The notes beneath the pieces were generated by a model. The model was given only the letters and a program-made list of their open reading frames with translations, had not been told where the DNA came from and ran no database searches. 64,000 nt of DNA from an uncultured Gemmatimonadales bacterium (GTDB lineage: Bacteria > Gemmatimonadota > Gemmatimonadetes > Gemmatimonadales > GWC2-71-9): NCBI GenBank assembly GCA_963842945.1, contig CAWJIM010000002.1, positions 224,001 through 288,000 on the forward strand, written 5' to 3'. This document shows, piece by piece, positions 1 to 8,546 of this stretch. A program made the position numbers and the translations under genes. Position 1 is the first letter of the stretch. Every line of letters begins with the position of its first letter.

Positions 1-331
1 CGAGCAGCGTCAGCTTGTCTCCCGAGGTGGCGACCAGCCACGTCTGCCCCGCTGGGATGGTGGTGACGCGGGCGCCATCGGGCTCACTCACCGACAGACC
101 CTCGTTCGCGCCGACACTGACTCGCTGCGCTCCGACCAGAATGCCAATTCGGATCTCGGGGTCGCGCCTCACGGCACTCGGTTCGGGCGGCTGGGGCCGC
201 ACCGACCGGTCGCGCCGGAGGAACCGGCCGCGCCGGAGGAACCGGCCGCGCCGGGGGGACCGATCCTGAGACGCAGCTCGCCATCAGGCCGAGCACCAGC
301 GGGAAGCTCCGCCGCAGCGCGGCGGCGTCAG
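1..331 (-). CDS. N-terminus of a probable SpoIID/LytB-domain lipoprotein (frameshifted, runs off the window)
   Basis: Signal/lipobox-like LVLGLMASC, then a Pro-rich linker; after a frameshift it reads DPEIRIGILVGAQRVSVG, resembling SpoIID/LytB N-termini; start codon uncertain. Confidence 0.45.
205..258. repeat. 18-bp tandem repeat x3 encoding (PARPVP)3 linker
   Basis: accggYcgcgccggagga units read directly; third unit ends gggggg. Confidence 0.9.
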
Positions 332-831
332 CCGCGGTAGTTGCCAAACTTGAGCTCGACCCCGAAGTCCTGATCCTTGAGGAAGGCGATGACCGCCTGT
401 AGCTCGTCGCGGGAGGGCGCCGTCACCCGGACCTCGTCGCCCTGGATCCCGGCCTGGACCTTCTTGAAGCCTTGATCCTTGATCGCCTTCACCATGCGCT
501 TGGAGACGTCCTGGGGAATTCCCTGGGTGAGGCTGACGGTGCGCCGCACGCTCTGGCCGGTGGCGGTTTCGACGTCGCCCAGCTTGAGATTTTTTACCGG
601 CACTCCGCGCTTGATCATCTTCGTCTTCAGCACGTCCACCAGCGCGTCCATCCGGTACTCGTCGTCGGCTGCGAGGCGAATCTCTGCCTTGGGACGGTCG
701 AAAGTCACCTCACAATGGGTGCCTTTGAAGTCGTAGCGCTGGGCGATCTCCTTGATGGTCTGATTGACCGCATTGTCCACCTCCTGGAGATCGGCACCGG
801 TGGACACGTCGAACGAGGCGTTGCTGGCCAT
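328..831 (-). CDS. yajQ: YajQ family nucleotide/cyclic-di-GMP-binding protein
   Basis: SFDV..DLQEVDNAVNQ..RYDFKG..IQGDEVRVT..RDELQ..FGNYR signature; start set at ATG 831. Confidence 0.95.
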   Translation of the reverse strand: MASNASFDVSTGADLQEVDNAVNQTIKEIAQRYDFKGTHCEVTFDRPKAEIRLAADDEYRMDALVDVLKTKMIKRGVPVKNLKLGDVETATGQSVRRTVSLTQGIPQDVSKRMVKAIKDQGFKKVQAGIQGDEVRVTAPSRDELQAVIAFLKDQDFGVELKFGNYRG

Positions 832-931
832 AGGAGCGAAGCGTAGCAGGAGTGAAAGCGCTGGCAACGGGGTGCGGGAAGAATGACCTGACCGACGGTA
901 CCGGGCAAGCTCACGGATAGGTCCCTCCCGG

Positions 932-958
932 GTGTCATCCTGAGCGAAGCGAAGGATC
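932..958 (+). repeat. REP-like repeat, left inverted repeat of GIY-YIG cassette
   Basis: GTGTCATCCTGAGCGAAGCGAAGGATC; 26/27 identical to reverse complement of 1342-1368; CATCCTGAG (936-944) also pairs with CTCAGGATG (963-971). Confidence 0.9.
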
Positions 959-1040
959 CCTACTCAGGATGCGCGTATAGATGATTGCGGAGGAGCCATT
1001 ATGAGACGAAGAGTGACTGAATGCACTCAATATTTCGCGG

Positions 1041-1365
1041 ATGCCACCGCGGACTTTTCACGTGTACATAATGGCCAGCAACTCTCGCCGACTCTATATC
1101 GGCGTCACTGGAAATCTCACCGTCCGAGTTAGTCAGCATCGGAAAGGTGAAGTACATGGATTTGCCCGGAAGTACCAGATGAAGCGTCTAGTCTACGTTG
1201 AGGAAGCTACACAACGCTCTGGACGCGATTAGACGCGAGAAGCAGATAAAAGGCTGGGTCAGAAAGAAGAAGTTTAGCCTGATCGAAGGTCTGAACCCGG
1301 AATGGCGGGATCTCGGGGATTTTCTTCTTGGTGAGTGCAGAGATCCTTCGCTACGCTCAGGATGA
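1041..1365 (+). CDS. GIY-YIG nuclease family protein (one frameshift near 1215)
   Basis: HVYIMAS..LYIGVT.NL..RV.QH..KY..KRLVYVE, then in the shifted frame DAIRREKQIKGWVRKKKFSLIEGLNPEWRDL; TGA at 1363-1365 lies inside the right repeat. Confidence 0.9.
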
Positions 1366-1368
1366 CAC
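1342..1368 (-). repeat. REP-like repeat, right inverted repeat of GIY-YIG cassette
   Basis: GATCCTTCGCTACGCTCAGGATGACAC; degenerate third copy at about 1371-1395 (TCCTTCACACTGCGCTCGGGATGAC). Confidence 0.9.
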
Positions 1369-1403
1369 ACTCCTTCACACTGCGCTCGGGATGACGGTGC
1401 TGC

Positions 1404-2273
1404 TCAGGCCAGAAAACTCTCCAGCGCCCGCGCCCGGCTCACGTGGCGGAGCCGGCTGAGCGCCTTCTCCTTGATCTGCCGCACCCGCTCGCGGGTGATG
1501 CCCAGAAGGCTGCCGATCTCTTCCAGCGTCATCGGCTCGGGCCCGTCCAGGCCGAAGTAGAGGCGGAGGATCTTGGCCTCGCGCTCCTTCAGCGTCGACA
1601 GCACCTCCTCGATCGACTCGGTCAGCGCGTGCTCGAAGGTCTCGGAGTCGGGACCGGGATTCTGGGTGTCGGGCAGGTAGTCGAGAAGCTTGTTGTCTTC
1701 GCCGGGAGTGAGCGGGGCGTCGAGCGAGAGATGATTCTGGGAGATGGATAGAGTCTTCTGGACTTCTTCCATCGAGATGTCCATTCCCTCGGCAATCTCT
1801 GATGGGGTGGGCTCCCGTCCCAACTCCTGCAGCAGCGCGGAGGAGCGTTTCCCGATCCGATGCAGCGTGCCGGCGCGATTGAGCGGCACCCGGACGATCC
1901 GGCTCTGTTCCGCCAGCGCCTGCAGAATGGCCTGGCGGATCCACCAGACCGCGTAGGAGATGAACTTGATGCCCTTGGTCTCGTCGAACTTGTGGGCGGC
2001 ACGGATCAGACCGAGGTTGCCCTCGTTGATCAGATCGGCCAGGGACACGCCCTGGTTCTGATACTTCTTGGCGACCGAGACGACGAAGCGGAGGTTGCTG
2101 CGGACCAGCTTGTCGAGCGCCTCACCATCACCGACCCGAATCCGCTGCGCGAGGCTGACTTCTTCTTCCTGCGGGATCAGCGGGTACTTGCTGATTTCGC
2201 GAAGGTACTGGTCGAGCGAGCCTTCATCGAATGAGGGAGCTCGCTTGCCGGGACCAACCTGCATTGGGCGCAT
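1404..2273 (-). CDS. RNA polymerase sigma-70 factor, RpoD/SigA family, lacking region 1.1
   Basis: LDQYLREI, NLRFVVSVAKKY, DLINEGNLGL, KFISYAVWWIRQ, TLEEIG..ITRERVRQI. Confidence 0.95.
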   Translation of the reverse strand: MRPMQVGPGKRAPSFDEGSLDQYLREISKYPLIPQEEEVSLAQRIRVGDGEALDKLVRSNLRFVVSVAKKYQNQGVSLADLINEGNLGLIRAAHKFDETKGIKFISYAVWWIRQAILQALAEQSRIVRVPLNRAGTLHRIGKRSSALLQELGREPTPSEIAEGMDISMEEVQKTLSISQNHLSLDAPLTPGEDNKLLDYLPDTQNPGPDSETFEHALTESIEEVLSTLKEREAKILRLYFGLDGPEPMTLEEIGSLLGITRERVRQIKEKALSRLRHVSRARALESFLA

Positions 2274-2319
2274 GAAGGGAACCTTACTCCGGGTTGCTAT
2301 GACGCGCAATGGAGGTTTG

Positions 2320-2440
2320 AGTCGACAGTCGAGAGTCCACAGTCGTCAGTTGAGAACGACACCTCAAGTCACTCTAACCCGGTGACAGGAGTCACGCGGA
2401 CGGGCGACTAAGGACTGAGGACCGCCGACTGAGGACTGGC
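2320..2440. repeat. Two inverted arrays of degenerate 7-bp units (AGTCnnn x5 at 2320-2354; GACTnnn x5 at 2406-2440)
   Basis: agtcgac agtcgag agtccac agtcgtc agttgag / gactaag gactgag gaccgcc gactgag gactggc. Confidence 0.7.
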
Positions 2441-2442
2441 CA

Positions 2443-3985
2443 CTACACATCGTACGTATCGATCTGCGCTCTCTGCAGCTTGCCGGAATAGTCCACGTAG
2501 CAGACCTTGGTCTCGGAGTAGAACTCGTAGACTTCCCAGCCACCCTCCCGATGCCCGTTGCCAGTGGCCTTGATGCCGCCGAAGGGAAGGTGCGCCTCCG
2601 CCCCGATGGTGGGCGCGTTGACATAGGTGATGCCGTTGTCCAGCTCCTGCATCGCGCGGAAGGCGAGGTCCACGTTCCGGGTGTATAACGAGCTGGAGAG
2701 CCCATAGCGCACATCGTTGTTTACCCGGACCGCCTCATCGAACGAGTCCACCCGAATGACGCTCAGCACCGGACCGAAGATCTCCTCCTGCTCCAGCCGG
2801 CTCTTCGGCTTCACGCCGGCAAACACGGTCGGCTGAAAGAAGAACCCACCGTCGAGCTCGGCGCCGGACGGGCGCTTCCCTCCAGTGACCAGCTCCGCTT
2901 CCTCCTTCCTTCCGATCTCGACGTACTGCTCCACCTTTTCTCGCGAGGCCTGATGGATGAGGGGGCCCACGTCCGTCTTGTCCTGTCTGCCGTCGCCCAG
3001 CTTCAGGGCTTCGGCCGCCTGGGCCAGCCGGCGAAGGAACCCGTCATGCACCTTCTGATGCAGAATCAGACGGCTGGTCGCGGTGCAGCGTTGCCCCGTG
3101 GTGCCGAAGGCGCCCCACAGTACCCCCTCGAGGGCCAGGTCCTGATCGGCATCGTCCATCACGATCATCGCGTTCTTGCCGCCCATCTCCAGCGAGAGCC
3201 GCTTGTGCATCCGGCCGCAGGTCTCACCGATGATCGAGCCGGTCTCGGTGGATCCGGTGAACGAGATGACCGGCACTTCCGGATGCTCGACCAGCGCCTT
3301 ACCCACCGTCTCGCCCCGGCCGTGAACCAACTGCACGACCTCGGGGGGAAGCCCCGCCTCGAGCAGGATCTCCACCAGCAGGTGCACCGTGTGCGGCACG
3401 TCTTCCGAGGGCTTGATGATCACCGAGTTTCCGCACAGGAGCGCGGGGAACATTTTCCAGGTGGGAATGGCAAGCGGGAAAGTTGAACGGGGTGATCAGC
3501 CCCACGACGCCGATCGGACGGCGGTAGCTCATGGCCCACTTGGAGCGCAACTCCGAGGGAACCACATGGCCGAACAGCCGGCGCCCTTCGGTGGCAGCGT
3601 AGAAGGCGGTGTCGATGCCCTCCTGGACGTCTCCCCGAGTCTCCGCCAGCACCTTGCCCATCTCGCGGGTCATCGCGTTGGCGATGGCGTCCTTGCGCTG
3701 CACCAGGAGGTCGCCAACCCGGCGGAGCACGTCACCCCGGGCGGGGGCCGGTGTTCTCGACCAGATCTCGAATCCTCGCTTGGCCGAGCGGACGGCCGCA
3801 TCGATATCGCGAGGATCCGAATCGGGAAACCGCCCGATCAGATCGTCCGGCTTGGCGGGATTGCGGTTCTCGAAGTACGCCTGCGATGCTGGCTCTACCC
3901 ACTCGCCTCCGATGAAGTTCTTGAAGGTCTGCGCGTCGACCGATTTGCTGACGCGCGATTCCCGGACGTTGAACGTGTTTGTCAT
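2443..3985 (-). CDS. NAD(P)-dependent aldehyde dehydrogenase (frameshift near 3470)
   Basis: ITPFNFP, FTGSTETG, LEMGGKN, GQRCTA, EEIFGP, PFGG across ORFs 3299-3985 and 2443-3453. Confidence 0.95.
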
Positions 3986-3992
3986 AGATGGC

Positions 3993-4451
3993 CTACTGAG
4001 CAGGAGCCTGCGGTGCCGGAGCAGCCGCCGGAGGAGGAGAAGGACAGGTCCATTGCATTGACCGCTTGGCGTAACCGGTGCGCGGCAGGATCTCGCGGGT
4101 GGCCATGATGCCGGCCCACAGGATGACCAGCAGCGACACCATCATGGCCAGCCCCTGGCGATGAGCCCAGCTGGTGAAGGCGCCGAGCACGCCCAGCATT
4201 ACGGCGAGTACGGCGGCACCCAGAAAGAAGATGAGCCGGATCCCACAAGTCTTGTCGTAGGGCCACAATACAAGCGCGACCGCAAGGATCGTCGCCACCA
4301 CGGTCCAGAGCCAGGCCAAGGCGACGAACCGGCGCCGCGGAGCCGGTGTGGGCACCGCCACGGGAGGAGAGCCGGTGGATGGTCCCTGCTTCGAAATGGC
4401 GCGATCGATGTTGGCGAGCTCTTTGTCCCAGTCTCTCGGCTGCTCGGTCAT
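3993..4451 (-). CDS. Conserved hypothetical membrane protein
   Basis: MTEQPRDWDKELANIDRAI followed by three hydrophobic helices; ATG overlaps the upstream stop. Confidence 0.75.
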   Translation of the reverse strand: MTEQPRDWDKELANIDRAISKQGPSTGSPPVAVPTPAPRRRFVALAWLWTVVATILAVALVLWPYDKTCGIRLIFFLGAAVLAVMLGVLGAFTSWAHRQGLAMMVSLLVILWAGIMATREILPRTGYAKRSMQWTCPSPPPAAAPAPQAPAQ

Positions 4452-5797
4452 TCGGGGCCTCGGTTCAGACCAAATCGTTCCATTTTCTTGTAGAGATTGG
4501 AGCGGGGAATTTTGATGGCCCGGGCCGTCTCCGACAGGTTCCAGTCGTGCTGCCGCAGCTGCTGAACCAGAAACTTCTTCTCCGCTTCGAGCTTGAAGTC
4601 TTCCAGGCTGGGACTCTCTCCGTTGGGACCGATGGTCCCGGGTAGCAGATGATCGATATCCTCGGCCGTGACCTTCTTGCCCGATGCCAGAATGAGCACC
4701 CGCTCGACCGCGTTGCGCAGCTCGCGAATGTTGCCGGGCCAGGGCCGAGCCTGGAGCCGGCGCACCGCGTCGTCGCTGAACTTCCTGCCGGGCACTCCCG
4801 CGCTGGCGGACAACTGCTCGGCGAAGTACGCCACGAGGGCGGGAATGTCCGCCCTGCGCTCCCGGAGCGGCGGGACCCCGATGGGCACGACGTTCAGCCG
4901 ATACAAGAGATCTTCCCGAAATCTTCCCTCGGTGATCTCCTGCTCCAGGTCCTTGTTCGTGGCCGCCAGCACCCGCACGTCTACCTGAATCGGCTTCGAT
5001 CCGCCGATCCGGGTGACCACGCCCTCCTGCAGCACCCGAAGCAGCTTCGATTGCGCCGAGAGGGACATGTCGCCGATCTCGTCGAGGAAGAGCGTTCCTC
5101 CGTCGGCTTGCTCGAACTTCCCTGCCCTGTCGGCAAAGGCGCCGGTGAACGAGCCCTTCATGTGGCCGAAGAGCTCGCTCTCGATGAGCTCTGAGGGAAT
5201 GGCGGCGCAATTCACTTCGATGAAGGCCCGCCCCTGCCGGGGAGAAGCCTCGTGCAGCGCGCGGGCGACCAGCTCCTTCCCGGTGCCGTTCTCGCCGGTG
5301 ATCAGCACCCGGGCCGAGGTGGGGCCCACCTTGGCGATCAGATCGCGCACCTCCTTGAGCGCTGGGCTGTCGCCCACCATGCGGAAGCGGCTCTCGCTCT
5401 CCTCCCGAAGCCGAGTGTTCTCATCCATCAGCTTGGCCTGGGCCAGCGCATTGCGCACGGTGACCAGCAGCCGGTCAGTGTCGAGCGGCTTCTCCAGGAA
5501 ATCAAACGCGCCCCGCTGGGTGGCTTCCACCGCCGTCGCGATGGTGCCGTGTCCGGAGATCATCACCACCTGGGAGTTGGGATCGAGGTTGCGCAGCCGG
5601 GTAAGCGTCTCCAGTCCATCCAGCCCGGCCATCTTCACGTCGAGGAAGACCAGATGAGGGCGAAAATCGGGGTACACGGTGAGCGCCTCGCCGCCCGAGG
5701 CCGTCACCTTCACTACCAGGTTCTCGTATTCCAGCACCTGCTTGAGCGCCTGCCGGATTCCCGCCTCATCATCCACGATCAGAATGCGGTAGCTCAT
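4448..5797 (-). CDS. Sigma-54-dependent response regulator (NtrC/NtrX family)
   Basis: REC domain, GENGTGKE, GSFTGA, LFLDEIG, WPGNIREL, C-terminal Fis HTH. Confidence 0.95.
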   Translation of the reverse strand: MSYRILIVDDEAGIRQALKQVLEYENLVVKVTASGGEALTVYPDFRPHLVFLDVKMAGLDGLETLTRLRNLDPNSQVVMISGHGTIATAVEATQRGAFDFLEKPLDTDRLLVTVRNALAQAKLMDENTRLREESESRFRMVGDSPALKEVRDLIAKVGPTSARVLITGENGTGKELVARALHEASPRQGRAFIEVNCAAIPSELIESELFGHMKGSFTGAFADRAGKFEQADGGTLFLDEIGDMSLSAQSKLLRVLQEGVVTRIGGSKPIQVDVRVLAATNKDLEQEITEGRFREDLLYRLNVVPIGVPPLRERRADIPALVAYFAEQLSASAGVPGRKFSDDAVRRLQARPWPGNIRELRNAVERVLILASGKKVTAEDIDHLLPGTIGPNGESPSLEDFKLEAEKKFLVQQLRQHDWNLSETARAIKIPRSNLYKKMERFGLNRGPE

Positions 5798-6442
5798 GAC
5801 GCGGGCGCTCCGATCAGTGTGGCGCCGGTAGGCCGGAGCCGAATCTCCCGGATCCCCGCCGGGATCCGGACCGGGACTGTCTTCCGCGAGGGATTGCCCA
5901 GGGCCTTGGAGACCAGTTGGGGGACAGCATCACGGGGCAGCGGGAAGCCGCGAATGCTGAACGAGCGGAGCGCCCACTCCGCCTGCCGGGGAGCCACCAC
6001 GGTCAGCGGGCCCGCCGCCTGGATCGGCTCGGTGGGCTGGAGCGCCATGCTGAGCGGTCCCACCAGCTCCTTGGGCAGCCGGGCCGTGGCCAGACGGGCC
6101 TTGACCGTGATGCTTCCATCCTGCAGCTCGACCTGTAACGAATCCAGCTGACTGCGGAGACTGGGGTCGAGTCCGGACCCGATCATCGAAGCCACCTCGG
6201 ACGCGCTCAGCACCACCGAGTCTGCCCTCCATCCGTTCAATGAGTCGATCTTCGCGCTGAGCCGTCACCAGCGCTCGCGAGCCCGGCCGCCCGGACGACG
6301 CCGGCGCTTCAGTCCCGCCCAAGGAGCCGAACACCCGGCGAGCTTCGCTGGTCAAGCGATCGCGGTACAGCCAGCCGATGAAAAGAGCGGCCAACAGACC
6401 GAGACACCCCGCGAACTTGAACGGCGCGGCCAGGCACCCCAT
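5794..6442 (-). CDS. Hypothetical membrane-anchored protein (frameshift near 6250)
   Basis: N-terminal TM in ORF 5930-6442, continued by ORF 5794-6240; translationally coupled to neighbours. Confidence 0.65.
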
Positions 6443-6996
6443 CAGTTGGCCAGATCCAGAGTGAGGCGCGACTCGTAGCGGGGGCCTCCCGTCGTGAGCA
6501 CGCTCTCATAGAGCACCAGCTGTTCGGCGACGAACGGCATCGGCTGGAACCGGCTCGCGTGAGCGTCCAGTCCTCGCGAAGGGATCCGCTGGCCCTCCCG
6601 CACTCGTCCCAGAGTGACGTGGGGCTTGAATGGAGTCCCCTCCGGGGCAAAGCCGATGGCCTCGGAGCCGCGCTCGATCCGGTCCTGCAACAGCTCGAGC
6701 GACGGCGGCGCCTCAACACCGACCCAGAGAATTCGCGGGCGGCTGCGGCTGGGGAATGCCCCGAGCTCACCCAGCGCAAGCGCCTGAGGTCCGGCTCCTG
6801 CAGCCGCAAAGCGGAGCGCTTCGGCGATCACGTCGAGACGATCGGTTCCCACCTCACCGAAGAACTTGAGCGTGAGGTGGAGACCCTCGTCGTGCACCCA
6901 ACGCACCGGCCAGTCGCCACTCCTTAGATCGGACAATAGATCCAGGATCTGGCCCCGGGCGGGATCCGGGATCGGCACCGCCGCGAAGAGCCGCAT
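6442..6996 (-). CDS. thpR: RNA 2',3'-cyclic phosphodiesterase (2H phosphoesterase)
   Basis: MRLFAAV, HLTLKF and PHVTLGR 2H motifs. Confidence 0.92.
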   Translation of the reverse strand: MRLFAAVPIPDPARGQILDLLSDLRSGDWPVRWVHDEGLHLTLKFFGEVGTDRLDVIAEALRFAAAGAGPQALALGELGAFPSRSRPRILWVGVEAPPSLELLQDRIERGSEAIGFAPEGTPFKPHVTLGRVREGQRIPSRGLDAHASRFQPMPFVAEQLVLYESVLTTGGPRYESRLTLDLAN

Positions 6997-7805
6997 CAAT
7001 CAGGCAGCTCGGACGCCAGGGCGAGCAGCCCGCCCCGGCGATAACCGTGGGGGTCCAGCTCGACCACCCGGAAACCGAGATCCAGAAAGGTGGTCTCGAC
7101 CCGGGTCCACTGTTCTCGCACCCGCGCCATCTGGTCCGGCTGGACCTCCAGTCGAGCCTTGTCACCGTGGTGTCGCACCCGAAGATCGCCGTCGACTCCG
7201 AGGGAGCGGAGAAAGGACTCTCCCTGTTCCACCTGCCGCAGCCGCTCCGGGGTAATGCCGAGCCCGTACATCACTCGGCTCGACAGACATGGCGCCGCCG
7301 GCGCATTCCAGGTCGGCAGACCGAGGCTGTGCGCGGCGGCCCGAACCTGCGCCTTGGTCCAGCCCAGCTCCGCCAGTGGAGAGCGTACGGACTGTTCCCG
7401 GGAGGCGCGAAGTCCGGGCCGGTGTTCACCCAGGTCGTCGGCATTGGTCCCATCGATGACGGTGTCGAACCTCATCTCCTGCGCCAGCTGGGCCAGCCGG
7501 GACCACAGCTCGGTTTTGCAGAAGTAGCAGCGCTCGGTGGAGTTGCCGAGGTAGCGGGGATCTGATAGCTCCCGAGTCTCGATCTCCCGAACCGGAATCG
7601 CAAACTCATGGGCGATCCGCAACGCGGTGTCGTACTGATTCTCGGGGTACGAGGCGCTGCGTCCGATCACCGCGAGGAAGCGCTCCCGCCCCAGGGCTCT
7701 GGTGCAGGCGACCGCGAGCAGGGCGGAATCGACCCCGCCGGAATAGCCCAGCACCACGCGGCCGAGCGTCTGCAGGTGTGCATACAGGCTCTCATGATCG
7801 GACAT
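6996..7805 (-). CDS. larE: LarE family ATP-dependent sulfur transferase
   Basis: PP-loop [35 protein letters not shown]. Confidence 0.9.
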   Translation of the reverse strand: MSDHESLYAHLQTLGRVVLGYSGGVDSALLAVACTRALGRERFLAVIGRSASYPENQYDTALRIAHEFAIPVREIETRELSDPRYLGNSTERCYFCKTELWSRLAQLAQEMRFDTVIDGTNADDLGEHRPGLRASREQSVRSPLAELGWTKAQVRAAAHSLGLPTWNAPAAPCLSSRVMYGLGITPERLRQVEQGESFLRSLGVDGDLRVRHHGDKARLEVQPDQMARVREQWTRVETTFLDLGFRVVELDPHGYRRGGLLALASELPD

Positions 7806-7866
7806 GGGAGAAACGTAGCTGCGAAAGAGGTGAGGCGGAACGACGAACGTGAGGAACGTGAGGGAC

Positions 7867-7906
7867 ACGACGGAACGACGGAACGACGGAACGACGGAAC
7901 GACGGA
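7867..7906. repeat. Perfect 8-bp tandem repeat (ACGACGGA)x5
   Basis: Read directly in the divergent larE/arfB intergenic region. Confidence 0.95.
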
Positions 7907-7921
7907 TGACGACCTTTACCT

Positions 7922-8359
7922 ATGGCCGACGCCAACGTACTCGAGATCACACCGGAGCTCAGCATTCCACTCGGCGAGCTCGAATACCAAGCCTCCCGCT
8001 CCGGAGGTCCCGGAGGCCAGCACGTGAATACGTCCTCCACTCGGGTCGAGGTCTGGTGGGATGTGGCAGGGTCAGCCGCCCCGACCGCTGACCAGCGCGC
8101 GCGGCTCCTTCAGAAACTGGCGCCTCGGCTCGACAGCAATGGCCGGTTGCGACTGGTCTCGAGCGGCACCCGAAGCCAGTTGAGAAATCGTGAGGAGGTA
8201 ACCGAGCGGCTTCGGGAGGTGGTTGCCGCAGCCCTGGTGGTGCCCAAGAAGCGAAAGCCGACCAAGCCAAGCCGGGCGGCAAAGGCGGCCAGGCTCGAAG
8301 CCAAGCGCCGACGTGCCGCGACCAAGCGGGAGCGCCGTGCTCCCCGGCATGAGGATTAG
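7922..8359 (+). CDS. arfB: Alternative ribosome rescue peptidyl-tRNA hydrolase ArfB (YaeJ)
   Basis: SRSGGPGGQHVN, RSQLRNR, basic C-terminal tail. Confidence 0.95.
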   Translation: MADANVLEITPELSIPLGELEYQASRSGGPGGQHVNTSSTRVEVWWDVAGSAAPTADQRARLLQKLAPRLDSNGRLRLVSSGTRSQLRNREEVTERLREVVAAALVVPKKRKPTKPSRAAKAARLEAKRRRAATKRERRAPRHED

Positions 8360-8360
8360 T

Positions 8361-8543
8361 ATGCCGGACCGGTCGGCCGACGTCTTCTTCTATGGCTTGT
8401 TTATGGACCAGGAGCTGCTTCACTCTTACAACCTCCCGCAGCCGCCTGCCGCCTCCGAGCGCAATCCGGAATACGCGGACAAGCTCCGTGCCGTCGCGCG
8501 CAAGGTGGGGCTGCCGGCCGAGTACCTCTCTTCTATTAGATAG
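8361..8543 (+). pseudogene. Internally deleted gamma-glutamylcyclotransferase-like remnant (60 aa)
   Basis: N-terminal VFFYGLFMD motif joined directly to a C-terminal-type segment YNLPQPP..NPEYADKLR..GLPAEY. Confidence 0.5.
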
Positions 8544-8546
8544 CGG

